The notes beneath the pieces were generated by a model, which worked only from the letters and a program-made list of their open reading frames with translations, was not told the DNA's origin and searched no databases. A DNA stretch of 64,000 bases, from the IMG/VR virus record IMGVR_UViG_3300025196_000011, positions 1-64,000 of that record. One strand, given 5' to 3'. Below, piece after piece: positions 55,939 to 64,000 of the stretch. Source of the stretch: a virus. Taxonomy: Duplodnaviria > Caudoviricetes. Position 1 is the stretch's first letter; the number at the start of each line of letters is the position of its first letter. The translations under genes and the position numbers were made by a program.

Positions 55939-56545
55939 GGCTACCATCCTTTTGTTGGTATATCTTATTATCACCAACCACCTTAAATTCAATCACCCAA
56001 ACCCAAGGGTTTTTAAACCATGCAACCTCGCCATGCTTTGGCATCCAGTAGTCAGCTGCGAAATCCATTAACCCATCGCGCGCCTCTTTTAGTAAATCGC
56101 CAAGCGTTATGTCTTGCACACGCTCAATGCTAATATCGGTTATTTCTAAGAGTAGGCGACTTGCTATACGGTGCATGTCCTCAGCCTTTCTAAACCTACC
56201 TGTTCTAATATCCTTGCTATCAGCGATATAATTGATTGAAATTACTCTTGATAAGCTAGCTAAAGGCTCATTATCAAACACACTATTCGTCGTCCAATCC
56301 TCTTGCACCCACAATCTATTGCCAGTAGCACCAAACGGACAATCGATAAGTAAAGTATCTTCGACACTATCGCCGTCATTTGCACACTTATGAAAAATAG
56401 CAGCATCACCATCTGCGGCAAAATCCCATTCATAGCCAGCGCTTACCTGCTCACTGGTCAATATAGGTATCCTATGTTGCGTCTTATTACCCGCCAATAT
56501 AGCGTTGACTTCGTTAGCATCAAAAATAATAGGTTTTTCGGTCAT
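55928..56545 (-). CDS. ASCH/PUA-like phage protein
   Basis: KPIIF...AILAG.KTQ.R...CPFG...LWVQE...SRLLLEITDISIERVQDI...NPWVWVIEF family signature. Confidence 0.75.
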   Translation of the reverse strand: MTEKPIIFDANEVNAILAGNKTQHRIPILTSEQVSAGYEWDFAADGDAAIFHKCANDGDSVEDTLLIDCPFGATGNRLWVQEDWTTNSVFDNEPLASLSRVISINYIADSKDIRTGRFRKAEDMHRIASRLLLEITDISIERVQDITLGDLLKEARDGLMDFAADYWMPKHGEVAWFKNPWVWVIEFKVVGDNKIYQQKDGSHAN

Positions 56546-56575
56546 TAGGTTAATCCTTTTTTTTGGTAAAGTTTT

Positions 56576-57532
56576 TCAATCCTCAACGTCGGTATAGTCT
56601 ATTTCTTCGGCTTCGTCGGGGTCGTCTTTATACTCCGCACCAAAGCTGGGGCTTGCCTCAACGTCCATAATTTCAAGTAAGCGCGCGTGAAGTTCGGGTA
56701 CTAAGCGTTCGCGGGCTTCGCGTTCTTTATCATCAATATCCCCAAGGGCGGCCAATGCACCCAAACGACGGTCTTGCTCTGATTGCTTAAAGTCGTCGGC
56801 GGTGATACCAAGCATCGGCATGTCTACCTCTGAGATTGCCTTAAGCGCAATGGCTAAGCTGGTCGTCGTATCGGTTAGCGATTTGCTCAATACCATGGCT
56901 TTTTGCACACGCTGGGCGGCGACTTCAACGTCGTTTGACGGCTCAGCATTGGTATTTTCGCCTATCTCAAAGTTTGCGCCGTAATTGCCGATTAATGCCG
57001 CCTCTTCTGCACGGGTAACGTCGTCGGCCAAGCTCTTAATACTGAGCGTTATATCGAGCGCTTGGTCGAATAAATCGCCTAAATTTTTGTAGCGGCGGCG
57101 GTACTTTTGAATGACTTTGGCACGGTCGGCGGCGTTGACTACGACACTTTCCGAAATATCACCAATAACCGCTTGTCTTGCTTCCTCGATGGCGCTTGCT
57201 TCCGTGTTTTGTGCTTTATTAGTTTTCGATGGAATCAAAGATTTTTTTTGGGCTTTTTGCTTCCTCGTTTGCTTGCTTCCTGCCCCTCTTGCTTCCGCTT
57301 TTGCCCCCGTTTTGGTGGCTGTGCTTCCGCTTTTTGACGGTTTTATGAGGTTGTGTTTTTTCCATGCTTCTTTTTTCCGGCGCTTGCTGATTGTGCCGCT
57401 AGATTTAGGCGCTTCCTCACCAAAAGCATCGGACAATTGCTCAATCAATTCACGGTCGGTTATGGTGGCGGTGTTTTCCCATATCAGGCGGGCGGCCTCC
57501 CAAACGTCGGTCGGTAGCGGCCTATTATCCAC
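56576..57532 (-). CDS. terminase small subunit candidate
   Basis: N-terminal WEAARLIWE...TISKRRKKEAW HTH typical of TerS; acidic C-terminus as in P1 PacA. Confidence 0.6.
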   Translation of the reverse strand: MDNRPLPTDVWEAARLIWENTATITDRELIEQLSDAFGEEAPKSSGTISKRRKKEAWKKHNLIKPSKSGSTATKTGAKAEARGAGSKQTRKQKAQKKSLIPSKTNKAQNTEASAIEEARQAVIGDISESVVVNAADRAKVIQKYRRRYKNLGDLFDQALDITLSIKSLADDVTRAEEAALIGNYGANFEIGENTNAEPSNDVEVAAQRVQKAMVLSKSLTDTTTSLAIALKAISEVDMPMLGITADDFKQSEQDRRLGALAALGDIDDKEREARERLVPELHARLLEIMDVEASPSFGAEYKDDPDEAEEIDYTDVED

Positions 57533-58226
57533 AATTCACCCCCACCGCAATCTCTTCGTCTAACTCTTCGGGCGCAATCAACGGGATGCTGTATTGGTAA
57601 TGCTTATCCATGTCGCGCAATAGGCGGTGTTTGTCCTCCTTATCGACGCGCTCTTTTATCTGCATCATTTGCGTATCAATAGCATTGACCTGCCTTGCTT
57701 GGTCAACGTCTATTTTTCTAATCACACCCATAGCGCGGTTGACCGTATGAAGCACGGACGGCGACAATTGCACGCCTTTGCGCTGCTCTTCTTTAATTGC
57801 GGCGCATAAATCCCTAGTTTCCTGTAATAGCGCGGCGTGGTCGTTTTGGTTAATGGCTTTCATGTGGCCAACAACGACGCCGGCAAGCTCGCTGGCCATC
57901 ATTTCAATAAGACAATGGGATTGCGTGACAACGTGGTTAATCGTGCCAGCCAGCATATCGACTTCGGGTTCAGTAGATAGGCCGCATATATAATCTAATG
58001 ATTGGCCGTATAAGTTCTGAAAAATAAGCAAGTCAATGAGCGTTAAATCCTTTTTACCGTTCTCGATTTCACTAATTCTGTTTCGATTATTGGATACACC
58101 CCATACCGCTTGCATGACTTCGGTTTGTGTCATGCCAGCATTGCGCCGTGCGGCGGCTAGATTCAATCCTACGGTGACATTGATGTTCTTTACGTCACGC
58201 TTTGTATACCCTAAACGTTTGGCCAC
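57525..58226 (-). CDS. XRE-family HTH regulator (late-activator candidate)
   Basis: NLAAARRNAGMTQTEV...ISEIENGKK...LDYICG; start likely GTG 58226 after an AGGGGG RBS. Confidence 0.8.
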   Translation of the reverse strand: MAKRLGYTKRDVKNINVTVGLNLAAARRNAGMTQTEVMQAVWGVSNNRNRISEIENGKKDLTLIDLLIFQNLYGQSLDYICGLSTEPEVDMLAGTINHVVTQSHCLIEMMASELAGVVVGHMKAINQNDHAALLQETRDLCAAIKEEQRKGVQLSPSVLHTVNRAMGVIRKIDVDQARQVNAIDTQMMQIKERVDKEDKHRLLRDMDKHYQYSIPLIAPEELDEEIAVGVNCG

Positions 58227-58249
58227 TTTTCCCCCTGAGCATCCCGTCA

Positions 58250-58350
58250 TTGCAATACACTTGCAATGTTTATATAATCGATTTGCTATCTGCTCAGTTC
58301 ATATCCTGCGGCAAACTAAGCGCCAATGCGTCCAACATTGGCGCTTTTTT
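58250..58350 (+). ncRNA. putative antisense sRNA unit (promoter, ~65 nt RNA, terminator)
   Basis: TTGCAA-N17-TATAAT (58250-58278) and an 11-bp stem plus T6 (58318-58350), all on the plus strand. Confidence 0.6.
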
Positions 58351-58358
58351 ATTGCTTT

Positions 58359-58586
58359 TTATTTATCTCTTCTCACTTCGTTAATTAATCTGATTAACTG
58401 CAACAATACCGCTAGGATTATTGCTGCCAATAGCGCCTTATGAAAAACATTAGCCCAACCATAGAAGCGGCCGCGCTCTTCACTCAAAATAATTAAAACT
58501 AGCTGGCAAAAACCTAATATCAATATTCTGTCAAAAGGCAATGGCGGTTTATTAAAGAAGTTTGCAAGGCGTTTCATTTTCATCAT
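58359..58586 (-). CDS. small membrane protein
   Basis: 75 aa, two hydrophobic segments, AT-rich. Confidence 0.5.
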   Translation of the reverse strand: MMKMKRLANFFNKPPLPFDRILILGFCQLVLIILSEERGRFYGWANVFHKALLAAIILAVLLQLIRLINEVRRDK

Positions 58587-59463
58587 CCGTTAATTGTTTG
58601 TAGTCGATTTGATTAACTTCTTTCCAGTCGGTTATTAAAACGTCTTTAACCCGCTGGCCTTTAATTAATAGTATCTCTTTAATATTTTTTGATAACCGCT
58701 CGATACTAAATATTTTATTGCCAAAAGTTCTTACGCAAATATAGCCGCGCTTAAATCCTTTTTTGCCGCCGCCATTGCATGAAAAAGTGACATAAAAATA
58801 ACGCTTGCCATCACTTGCCGGCGCTGGTGCGTCCGCCTTTGGTTTGGGCGCGGGCGTAGGCTCAACCGCCTCTACCGGCTTGGCCTTATATTTCTTAGCA
58901 AAATCAGCTAACTGCATATCCAAAAAGCCCATGCGCATATTAGATAAGAACGTAACCCATGCTGAACCGTCCGGTTTTTGCCATGTCTTTTTGATTGTCA
59001 CTTCTTCGGCATAGCCGCCATCGCAAATATAGGCGTTTTCATTTCTAATAAAAGTTTTACTGACTTCGTAACCCTCAAAAATAGCGGGCGACTTTATTTT
59101 CATGTCGTCACTATTTCTTCTGTGCTGGCACGCCGCGCAATCACAGCTATTATCAATCTCAACGCTATTCAATTCAGCGACGTCAACGTTTTGAATACAG
59201 TTATTCTTAATCGCTATTAAACCTCTCGCCTCTTTTGTGCCTAAATCAAGCCCCATAAAAACCCCTTTTTTAATCTTGTTTTTTAGCTTGGCATTTTTGC
59301 CTTTGGCGGCTATCAATTCATCAATCTGCTCTTGTGTTTTACCAAGCACGCAACGCAAGCAAGCGCCGTTGTTTTCAATCAAGCCGCTACTGGTAGAACC
59401 CGCTTGGCATTTACGCTCACACAGCGGACATATTGTTTTTGTGCAATCTTTTTTAGCGGTCAT
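58552..59463 (-). CDS. multi-domain hypothetical protein with CxxC motifs
   Basis: Start likely MTAKK; CPLCERKC, CLRC and CDCAAC motifs. Confidence 0.6.
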   Translation of the reverse strand: MTAKKDCTKTICPLCERKCQAGSTSSGLIENNGACLRCVLGKTQEQIDELIAAKGKNAKLKNKIKKGVFMGLDLGTKEARGLIAIKNNCIQNVDVAELNSVEIDNSCDCAACQHRRNSDDMKIKSPAIFEGYEVSKTFIRNENAYICDGGYAEEVTIKKTWQKPDGSAWVTFLSNMRMGFLDMQLADFAKKYKAKPVEAVEPTPAPKPKADAPAPASDGKRYFYVTFSCNGGGKKGFKRGYICVRTFGNKIFSIERLSKNIKEILLIKGQRVKDVLITDWKEVNQIDYKQLTDDENETPCKLL

Positions 59464-59716
59464 CAGCGGCGGCCTCTTCTTGGTCTTGGTGAAAGAATAT
59501 GTCGGCACGAACAAGGGCTATTTCGGGGTTTAATTCAAGCGCGCGGTCAATCAGTAATTCTTCGCGCTTCTGCTGGGTGTTGGCGTCCTCACTGTTGGCG
59601 GCAAACTCCGGCACGGTAAATCGGCACTGGCCGACGACGACTTGGCCATTGATATACAATGTGCCCTCAATCTGATTTTCTTTCATTGTCACCATAGCGG
59701 CGCGGGCATTGCTCAT
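59453..59716 (-). CDS. hypothetical protein
   Basis: 87-aa ORF coupled to neighbours. Confidence 0.6.
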   Translation of the reverse strand: MSNARAAMVTMKENQIEGTLYINGQVVVGQCRFTVPEFAANSEDANTQQKREELLIDRALELNPEIALVRADIFFHQDQEEAAADDR

Positions 59717-60189
59717 AATCTGTATTCCTTAAGGTGGTTTCTGTTGGTTTCGTAAATCTCAATGCCGTGTACGTCGAGCATTGCCTTGCTTTTATTGATG
59801 TAATCCTGAGTGCGTTTACCCTTAAAGTCCTCAACGACTTCTTCACCGGTTTCATTGTTGATATACACAAAATCGGCTTTGTAGACGACGGCGCGTACCG
59901 CTGTGCCGTCTTTTTTACGCCCTTTTGGGGTCAACTCATACGGCACTTGTAAGCGTAAGTCTTTAATGCGGCCAAGGCTTTGCGCGTACTTTAAAAACTC
60001 ATAGCGCAAGCCCTCGCCTTTACTGTCAAACTTGATACCGTCGATGATGGTTTTCACGTTGCCGTACTTGCTTTTTTTGGCCGCATTGGTGGCCTTGGTC
60101 GGCCATACGTCCGCTACTTTGTGCGCGTTCATGCGTCCAACGTTGGTGTTTGCTATATCCGCCCACTGAATACCGCGCGTCTTAGCCAT
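59713..60189 (-). CDS. DUF1064-family PD-(D/E)xK endonuclease
   Basis: KYGNVKT..DGIKFDSKGE...LQVPYEL...YKADFVY...VVEDFKG. Confidence 0.85.
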   Translation of the reverse strand: MAKTRGIQWADIANTNVGRMNAHKVADVWPTKATNAAKKSKYGNVKTIIDGIKFDSKGEGLRYEFLKYAQSLGRIKDLRLQVPYELTPKGRKKDGTAVRAVVYKADFVYINNETGEEVVEDFKGKRTQDYINKSKAMLDVHGIEIYETNRNHLKEYRL

Positions 60190-60209
60190 AATCTAGCCCC
60201 TGTGGCGTT

Positions 60210-60512
60210 TTAAATAGTTCTAATACCCGTTTGTACCGTTGATAGGTCTAAGTCACTTAGGCCGTCCATTGAGTGCCCCTGTAATGTCCATCGGCGGCTA
60301 TCGCTAAAATCGCGCTCGCTTGGAATACCGGTATAAGTGCAAGCGTAGTAACCGTTGGTTTTACTATAGGTCATGCCGATACATAGCTCGCCCGCCAGCG
60401 TTAAAGCGCTACTGTTAAAAACCCCATGGGCGTTTGGCCGGTTAGCATTGGCGGCGGCTTGGCGGCGCGCATACTCGATTTGGCCATTGGTTTTGACTTG
60501 GTTGTTTGTCAT
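60210..60512 (-). CDS. hypothetical protein
   Basis: 100-aa ORF in a dense operon. Confidence 0.6.
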   Translation of the reverse strand: MTNNQVKTNGQIEYARRQAAANANRPNAHGVFNSSALTLAGELCIGMTYSKTNGYYACTYTGIPSERDFSDSRRWTLQGHSMDGLSDLDLSTVQTGIRTI

Positions 60513-60513
60513 G

Positions 60514-60816
60514 CTATGTCACCTCACGGTTAATAGCTGAATTGAGCCAATTGCTAGCATCAAACTTGATGGCATCGGCATAGCTGGCAGTCATCTTTTC
60601 GCCAGTCATAACGCCCATTACATAATGGTTATAATCGATATGATTTTTTGGCCACCATTGACCACGGGTTGTAGTCAACTCTTCTGCGGTTAAGCTGTGA
60701 TAGAAGCCAAGGCCGCTTTCATCAACGGCGGCGCATTTAGCCCAATCAGGTGCGTATTTAAAGTCCGCTTGCGTTAGCTGTATTAATTCACTCTTAGCGC
60801 TTTTTTTAATATCCAT
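60514..60816 (-). CDS. hypothetical phage protein
   Basis: APDWAKCAAVDESG motif seen in small phage proteins. Confidence 0.65.
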   Translation of the reverse strand: MDIKKSAKSELIQLTQADFKYAPDWAKCAAVDESGLGFYHSLTAEELTTTRGQWWPKNHIDYNHYVMGVMTGEKMTASYADAIKFDASNWLNSAINREVT

Positions 60817-61142
60817 TACTGCCCTCTCTGATTTAAGTGGTACACGCCAGCGCTATCAAAATATTCGTCACAAGCCTCTGCATCAGCCCTGTTATCCTCA
60901 CCAACGACGGCAACGGTTTTGTAACCAACTTCTAGCGCGATAGCATCCATAATCATCATCATCACGCCAAGCGGTGCGCGGATAGACAGACTGTCATCAC
61001 CAACGTTTACTTTAAGTTCGTGGTCATCACCGCTAAAAGTTTTCAGCGTGGCTGTATCGTTGTGCCAGTGGTTGTGCCAGTTTGAATAATCGCTTGAATC
61101 GCTTAGGTCTATCACGATGTTATCTAGTAAAATTGCGGCCAT
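60816..61142 (-). CDS. hypothetical protein
   Basis: 108-aa coupled ORF. Confidence 0.6.
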   Translation of the reverse strand: MAAILLDNIVIDLSDSSDYSNWHNHWHNDTATLKTFSGDDHELKVNVGDDSLSIRAPLGVMMMIMDAIALEVGYKTVAVVGEDNRADAEACDEYFDSAGVYHLNQRGQ

Positions 61143-61145
61143 GCC

Positions 61146-61595
61146 TTACTCCTTAATTACCATCCAGCCTGATTCATCACCTAAAAAGGCGTAGTAATCC
61201 GCTTCATTCATTTCATAAAAGTTTGTTATCTCAATGCTTTGGGCAATTTGCCATGCTTGTTTGGCGGTGGCCATCACGTCATCAAGCGACGGTTGCAAGG
61301 GCTGCTCAAACAAAAAGGTTTCATTGATGGTGCGTGGCCATAAGTGAAGCGGCGCTGTTGAACGCGGCATAGTCAGTACGGCAAAAGCGACAAAGTATCT
61401 GTCCGGATTGGCCGCCTTGTCTTGAATAGCGTCTTGCTCAGCTTTGCTTTTTTGCTCATAAAGCCATCGGTCAAACTTCCATGCACCATCGCCATCAAGG
61501 GTTATACGTTCGGCTGAATCCATCAAAGGACGCTTGGCCGATTTCTTTGGTTTGGCGGGCGTAAATTTACCGCCTTTAATCAATCGCATAACCAC
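61146..61595 (-). CDS. hypothetical protein
   Basis: 149-aa ORF. Confidence 0.6.
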   Translation of the reverse strand: MVMRLIKGGKFTPAKPKKSAKRPLMDSAERITLDGDGAWKFDRWLYEQKSKAEQDAIQDKAANPDRYFVAFAVLTMPRSTAPLHLWPRTINETFLFEQPLQPSLDDVMATAKQAWQIAQSIEITNFYEMNEADYYAFLGDESGWMVIKE

Positions 61596-61598
61596 CCC

Positions 61599-62507
61599 TT
61601 ACAAACTCATAACGCGGCCGGTTGCATACCGGTAGCTTTTCCAATTACAGACAATCTCAACCATGTTTTGGCGCAAGCGGTCGGCGGCTCGGTGGCCAAC
61701 GTGGGCGTAAAAATCATTTGGCGGCAAGTTGGTTGTTATGATGGTCGGCAAGCCGTCTTTGTAACGCTTGTCGATTAAGTCCGATAGGCGCTCACGGTCG
61801 GCGTCGGCGGCCTTGTCACTAAAGCCCGTGTCGCCCTCACCCACTTCATCGATAATCAATACGGTGGCGCGGCCAAGGCGGTCAAGATAGGCCTTATCGC
61901 TTTCAACCGATGCCTTGTTCCAGCACTCTTTAAACTCACGCTGAATGTCCGCTGAACGCTTAAAAATAACGGTCATGCGCGGGGTGTAATTACAGCGGAT
62001 AATCTCATTAGCGATAAGACAAGCCAGCTTGGTTTTACCCGTGCCCGTGTTACCGGTTAATAAAATATTGGCGTGGCCGCGTCGATAGGTGGCCGCGTAG
62101 TTTTGGCCAAAGTTCACGATGTTTTGAATACGGGTAGCCAATTGCTTATCACCGCCGCCAATCGCTTGCCAGTTAGCGAAATTAGCGCCGATATGCTCGG
62201 CGGGCATGGCCACGCTGGCAAGCATGTTTTGACGGTTGATGATTTTCTTTTGCTCAGCCGCTTCAATCTCCCAACGGCATTTTTGGCAACCGGTCTTACC
62301 GGCGGCTAAATCTTTACTCGTGATAAACCAAGTTGCCTTACCGTGCATTGAGCAAGTCACGCTGATTTTTTCTAAGGCCATGCCGGCCGGTATGGTGCTG
62401 ATAATCTTGGATAGCTCACCGTTTGGCGTGTTCACATGGTCTTTACTAAAATCGGCGGCGCTTGGTGCGCGGCGGTCAAGTGTGTTTACAGTGATTAAAT
62501 CGCTCAT
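61599..62507 (-). CDS. DnaC/IstB-like helicase loader ATPase
   Basis: C..HG/C..C zinc motif, GNTGTGKT Walker A, IIDEVG Walker B, PTIITTN. Confidence 0.9.
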   Translation of the reverse strand: MSDLITVNTLDRRAPSAADFSKDHVNTPNGELSKIISTIPAGMALEKISVTCSMHGKATWFITSKDLAAGKTGCQKCRWEIEAAEQKKIINRQNMLASVAMPAEHIGANFANWQAIGGGDKQLATRIQNIVNFGQNYAATYRRGHANILLTGNTGTGKTKLACLIANEIIRCNYTPRMTVIFKRSADIQREFKECWNKASVESDKAYLDRLGRATVLIIDEVGEGDTGFSDKAADADRERLSDLIDKRYKDGLPTIITTNLPPNDFYAHVGHRAADRLRQNMVEIVCNWKSYRYATGRVMSL

Positions 62508-63568
62508 AGCTGGGTCACTCCTTGGCTAGAAAAATCAAACGCTGGTTGGCGGTAATCATCGTTGCTGTCAAGGGCTGGCAAGTTTAGGTATTCGCGGCGC
62601 TCGGCGTCAGTCATAGGCGCGTCATAACCCCATGCGTCGTTTACGGCTAATGGGTCGGCTGTTTTGCGGTAGTTTGTGAATTGGCTATTGGCTTGCTGTA
62701 GGCGCTCTTTTGGCTCAAAAACGCCCGCCCATTTACCGACAATGGCGTTTTTAAGAGAATTATTGACGTCTAGGCCTTTGGCGTGCCATTGCTCAAAGTC
62801 CTTAAGTATGAGTTTGCAAGCGTATTCAGTGGCGGCCTTTTTAATATCGGCGCGCATTTGGTGATAACCCGCCCACATTTCTGTATCAACGTAGTCAGGT
62901 AAATTTACTTCTAAGGGATTGAATTTAACTTCGGTTTTTTTCTTAGCGGTTTTTTTCTTAGCTGGGGTTTTAGGTTTTTCTGTTGCTTCAACCTCAGCTT
63001 CACTAGCAGATAAATCGGCGTTATCTGTTGTATTAGTATTTATTGTATTAGTATCTTTTGTATAGTATCTATTGTGTACGTCAATTTGACGGGGCTTGTC
63101 GGACAAATTGACGGGGCTTGCAGACAAATTGACGGGGCTTGCAGACAAATTGACGGGGCTTGCTTCATCTAAGCCTAGACAAATTGACGGGGCTTGTTCG
63201 TCTAAGCTAAGACTTTTTGACGGGGCTTTCTCACCACATGCCAGCGCGCGGATAGTGTCAAAATTTAATGAATACTCGCTCATATTGTTAAAACTTGGCG
63301 TCGCATTGATTATTTTTTCTTTGATTAATAACTTAACGCCGCGCTCAATTGTTTTGATACTTGCGCCGCTACCATGAACGGGGTCATTCTTAAACTGAGA
63401 ATAAGAAAGCGTATCGCGGCCTTTATTCCAGCCACCGGTTTTGTACCATACAAATTGCAAGCATAAGTACGCACTAGGGTTTTTAAGTACCTGTTGCATT
63501 TTCAAAACCATGTGCGGAATCCGCAAATAATCGGCCATCAAAACCTCTTGTAAATCATCTATTACCAT
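62504..63568 (-). CDS. phage replication initiator (lambda O-like)
   Basis: N-terminal wHTH, internal iterons, conserved C-terminal LPDYVD..MW..Y..MR domain; upstream of the DnaC-like gene; alternative start 63538. Confidence 0.85.
   Translation of the reverse strand: MVIDDLQEVLMADYLRIPHMVLKMQQVLKNPSAYLCLQFVWYKTGGWNKGRDTLSYSQFKNDPVHGSGASIKTIERGVKLLIKEKIINATPSFNNMSEYSLNFDTIRALACGEKAPSKSLSLDEQAPSICLGLDEASPVNLSASPVNLSASPVNLSDKPRQIDVHNRYYTKDTNTINTNTTDNADLSASEAEVEATEKPKTPAKKKTAKKKTEVKFNPLEVNLPDYVDTEMWAGYHQMRADIKKAATEYACKLILKDFEQWHAKGLDVNNSLKNAIVGKWAGVFEPKERLQQANSQFTNYRKTADPLAVNDAWGYDAPMTDAERREYLNLPALDSNDDYRQPAFDFSSQGVTQL
63021..63230. repeat. replication origin: six TGACGGGGCTT iterons plus an AT-rich stretch
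   Basis: Cores at 63087, 63109, 63130, 63151, 63185 and 63218 (spacing 22, 21, 21, 34, 33); AT-rich tgtattagtat repeats at ~63025-63075. Confidence 0.85.
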
Positions 63569-63644
63569 GTCAAAATACCCCTGTTGATTGTCTGTGATTA
63601 GTTGATTAACACCACGCCGGCCACCCCAAGTAGCCGGCTTTTTT
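63548..63644 (+). ncRNA. putative OOP-like antisense sRNA unit
   Basis: TTGTAA-N17-CAAAAT with extended TG (63548-63576); gccggc...gccggc-T6 terminator (63616-63644) on the plus strand. Confidence 0.5.
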
Positions 63645-63648
63645 GTGC

Positions 63649-63996
63649 CTACGCTTTTTGTACGTCGGCCATCGTGAAAAATTTGTTTTCAGTAAGCCCA
63701 TTTAGGGCACTTGGAATAATCCAGCCAAGCGCTTGAACGTCTTTATTCGGATTGCGCACAGTACACACCACAACGCCCTCTTTTCTTAATGCTGATACCG
63801 CGCCCTTGATACTGGTAATAGCGGCATTAATATCTTCCACTTGCACGAAATAGCCTTGATTGAGCATGTCTAACATAATGCGCATAAGCTCGTTACGGCT
63901 GGTGATAGGCTTCTCACTGTAAGGGTGCTTAGGTAGACGCTTAAAGTTGTCAATACCCCATAATGACAAGGGCGCGCCCGTAGCTTCGTAACTCAC
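63649..63996 (-). CDS. winged-helix-like DNA-binding protein
   Basis: 115 aa; SIKGAVSALRKEGVVVCTV wHTH-like segment; GTG start. Confidence 0.5.
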   Translation of the reverse strand: MSYEATGAPLSLWGIDNFKRLPKHPYSEKPITSRNELMRIMLDMLNQGYFVQVEDINAAITSIKGAVSALRKEGVVVCTVRNPNKDVQALGWIIPSALNGLTENKFFTMADVQKA

Positions 63997-64000
63997 ATTG

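Larger units (their letters stand above)
1..64000. mobile_element. P1-like myovirus (prophage or phage-plasmid) late and replication region; both ends lie outside the window
   Basis: Co-occurrence of DarA/DarB/Ulx/Hdf, P1-type portal, protease, capsid, sheath, tube, baseplate and terminase; no host housekeeping genes. Confidence 0.93.

Noticed and set aside
3181-62864. The many 60-290 aa plus-strand and nested ORFs in the track (e.g. 53819-54694, 43819-44367, 37777-38247)
   Set aside because: They are antisense or out-of-frame shadows of long, motif-bearing minus-strand genes, with no RBS or recognisable motifs
63081-63230. 21-bp repeats as a CRISPR array
   Set aside because: Units are contiguous or have very short variable gaps, lie in frame inside a replication gene, and no cas genes are present; they fit iterons
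1-64000. tRNA, rRNA, IS elements, integrase, parAB, P1 C1 operators
   Set aside because: None recognised by eye; tRNAscan-SE and ISEScan would be needed to exclude them formally

Overview
The whole window is phage DNA: the late (virion morphogenesis) and replication region of a P1-like myovirus, either a prophage or a phage-plasmid. No integrase, repA or parAB is visible, so the lifestyle cannot be decided here. The endolysin N-terminus weakly suggests a Moraxellaceae host. Except for four small plus-strand genes at the left end, everything is on the minus strand. This includes the P1-type antirestriction set (darB, ulx, a very long darA, a displaced hdf), a lysis cassette, portal, prohead protease, capsid, contractile tail, baseplate, fibres, a large terminase carrying a 139-aa mini-intein, and a lambdoid O/DnaC-type replication module with internal iterons. 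The main candidate for a new system is a split tail sheath. The sheath gene lacks the ~88-aa N-terminal sheath domain, which is instead encoded four times in adjacent genes, each with a different C-terminal part (a short tail, Cys-bracketed domains, or eight Ig-like repeats). This resembles the T6SS TssB/TssC split and suggests a modular sheath-display system. Other observations are 12 copies of a GGAACACC-N25/26-(-10) putative late promoter, two short antisense transcription units, a recurring FD[S/A] putative protease motif in head proteins, and near-absence of GATC. All homology calls come from motif reading and recalled P1/T4 sequences; no alignments or database searches were run.
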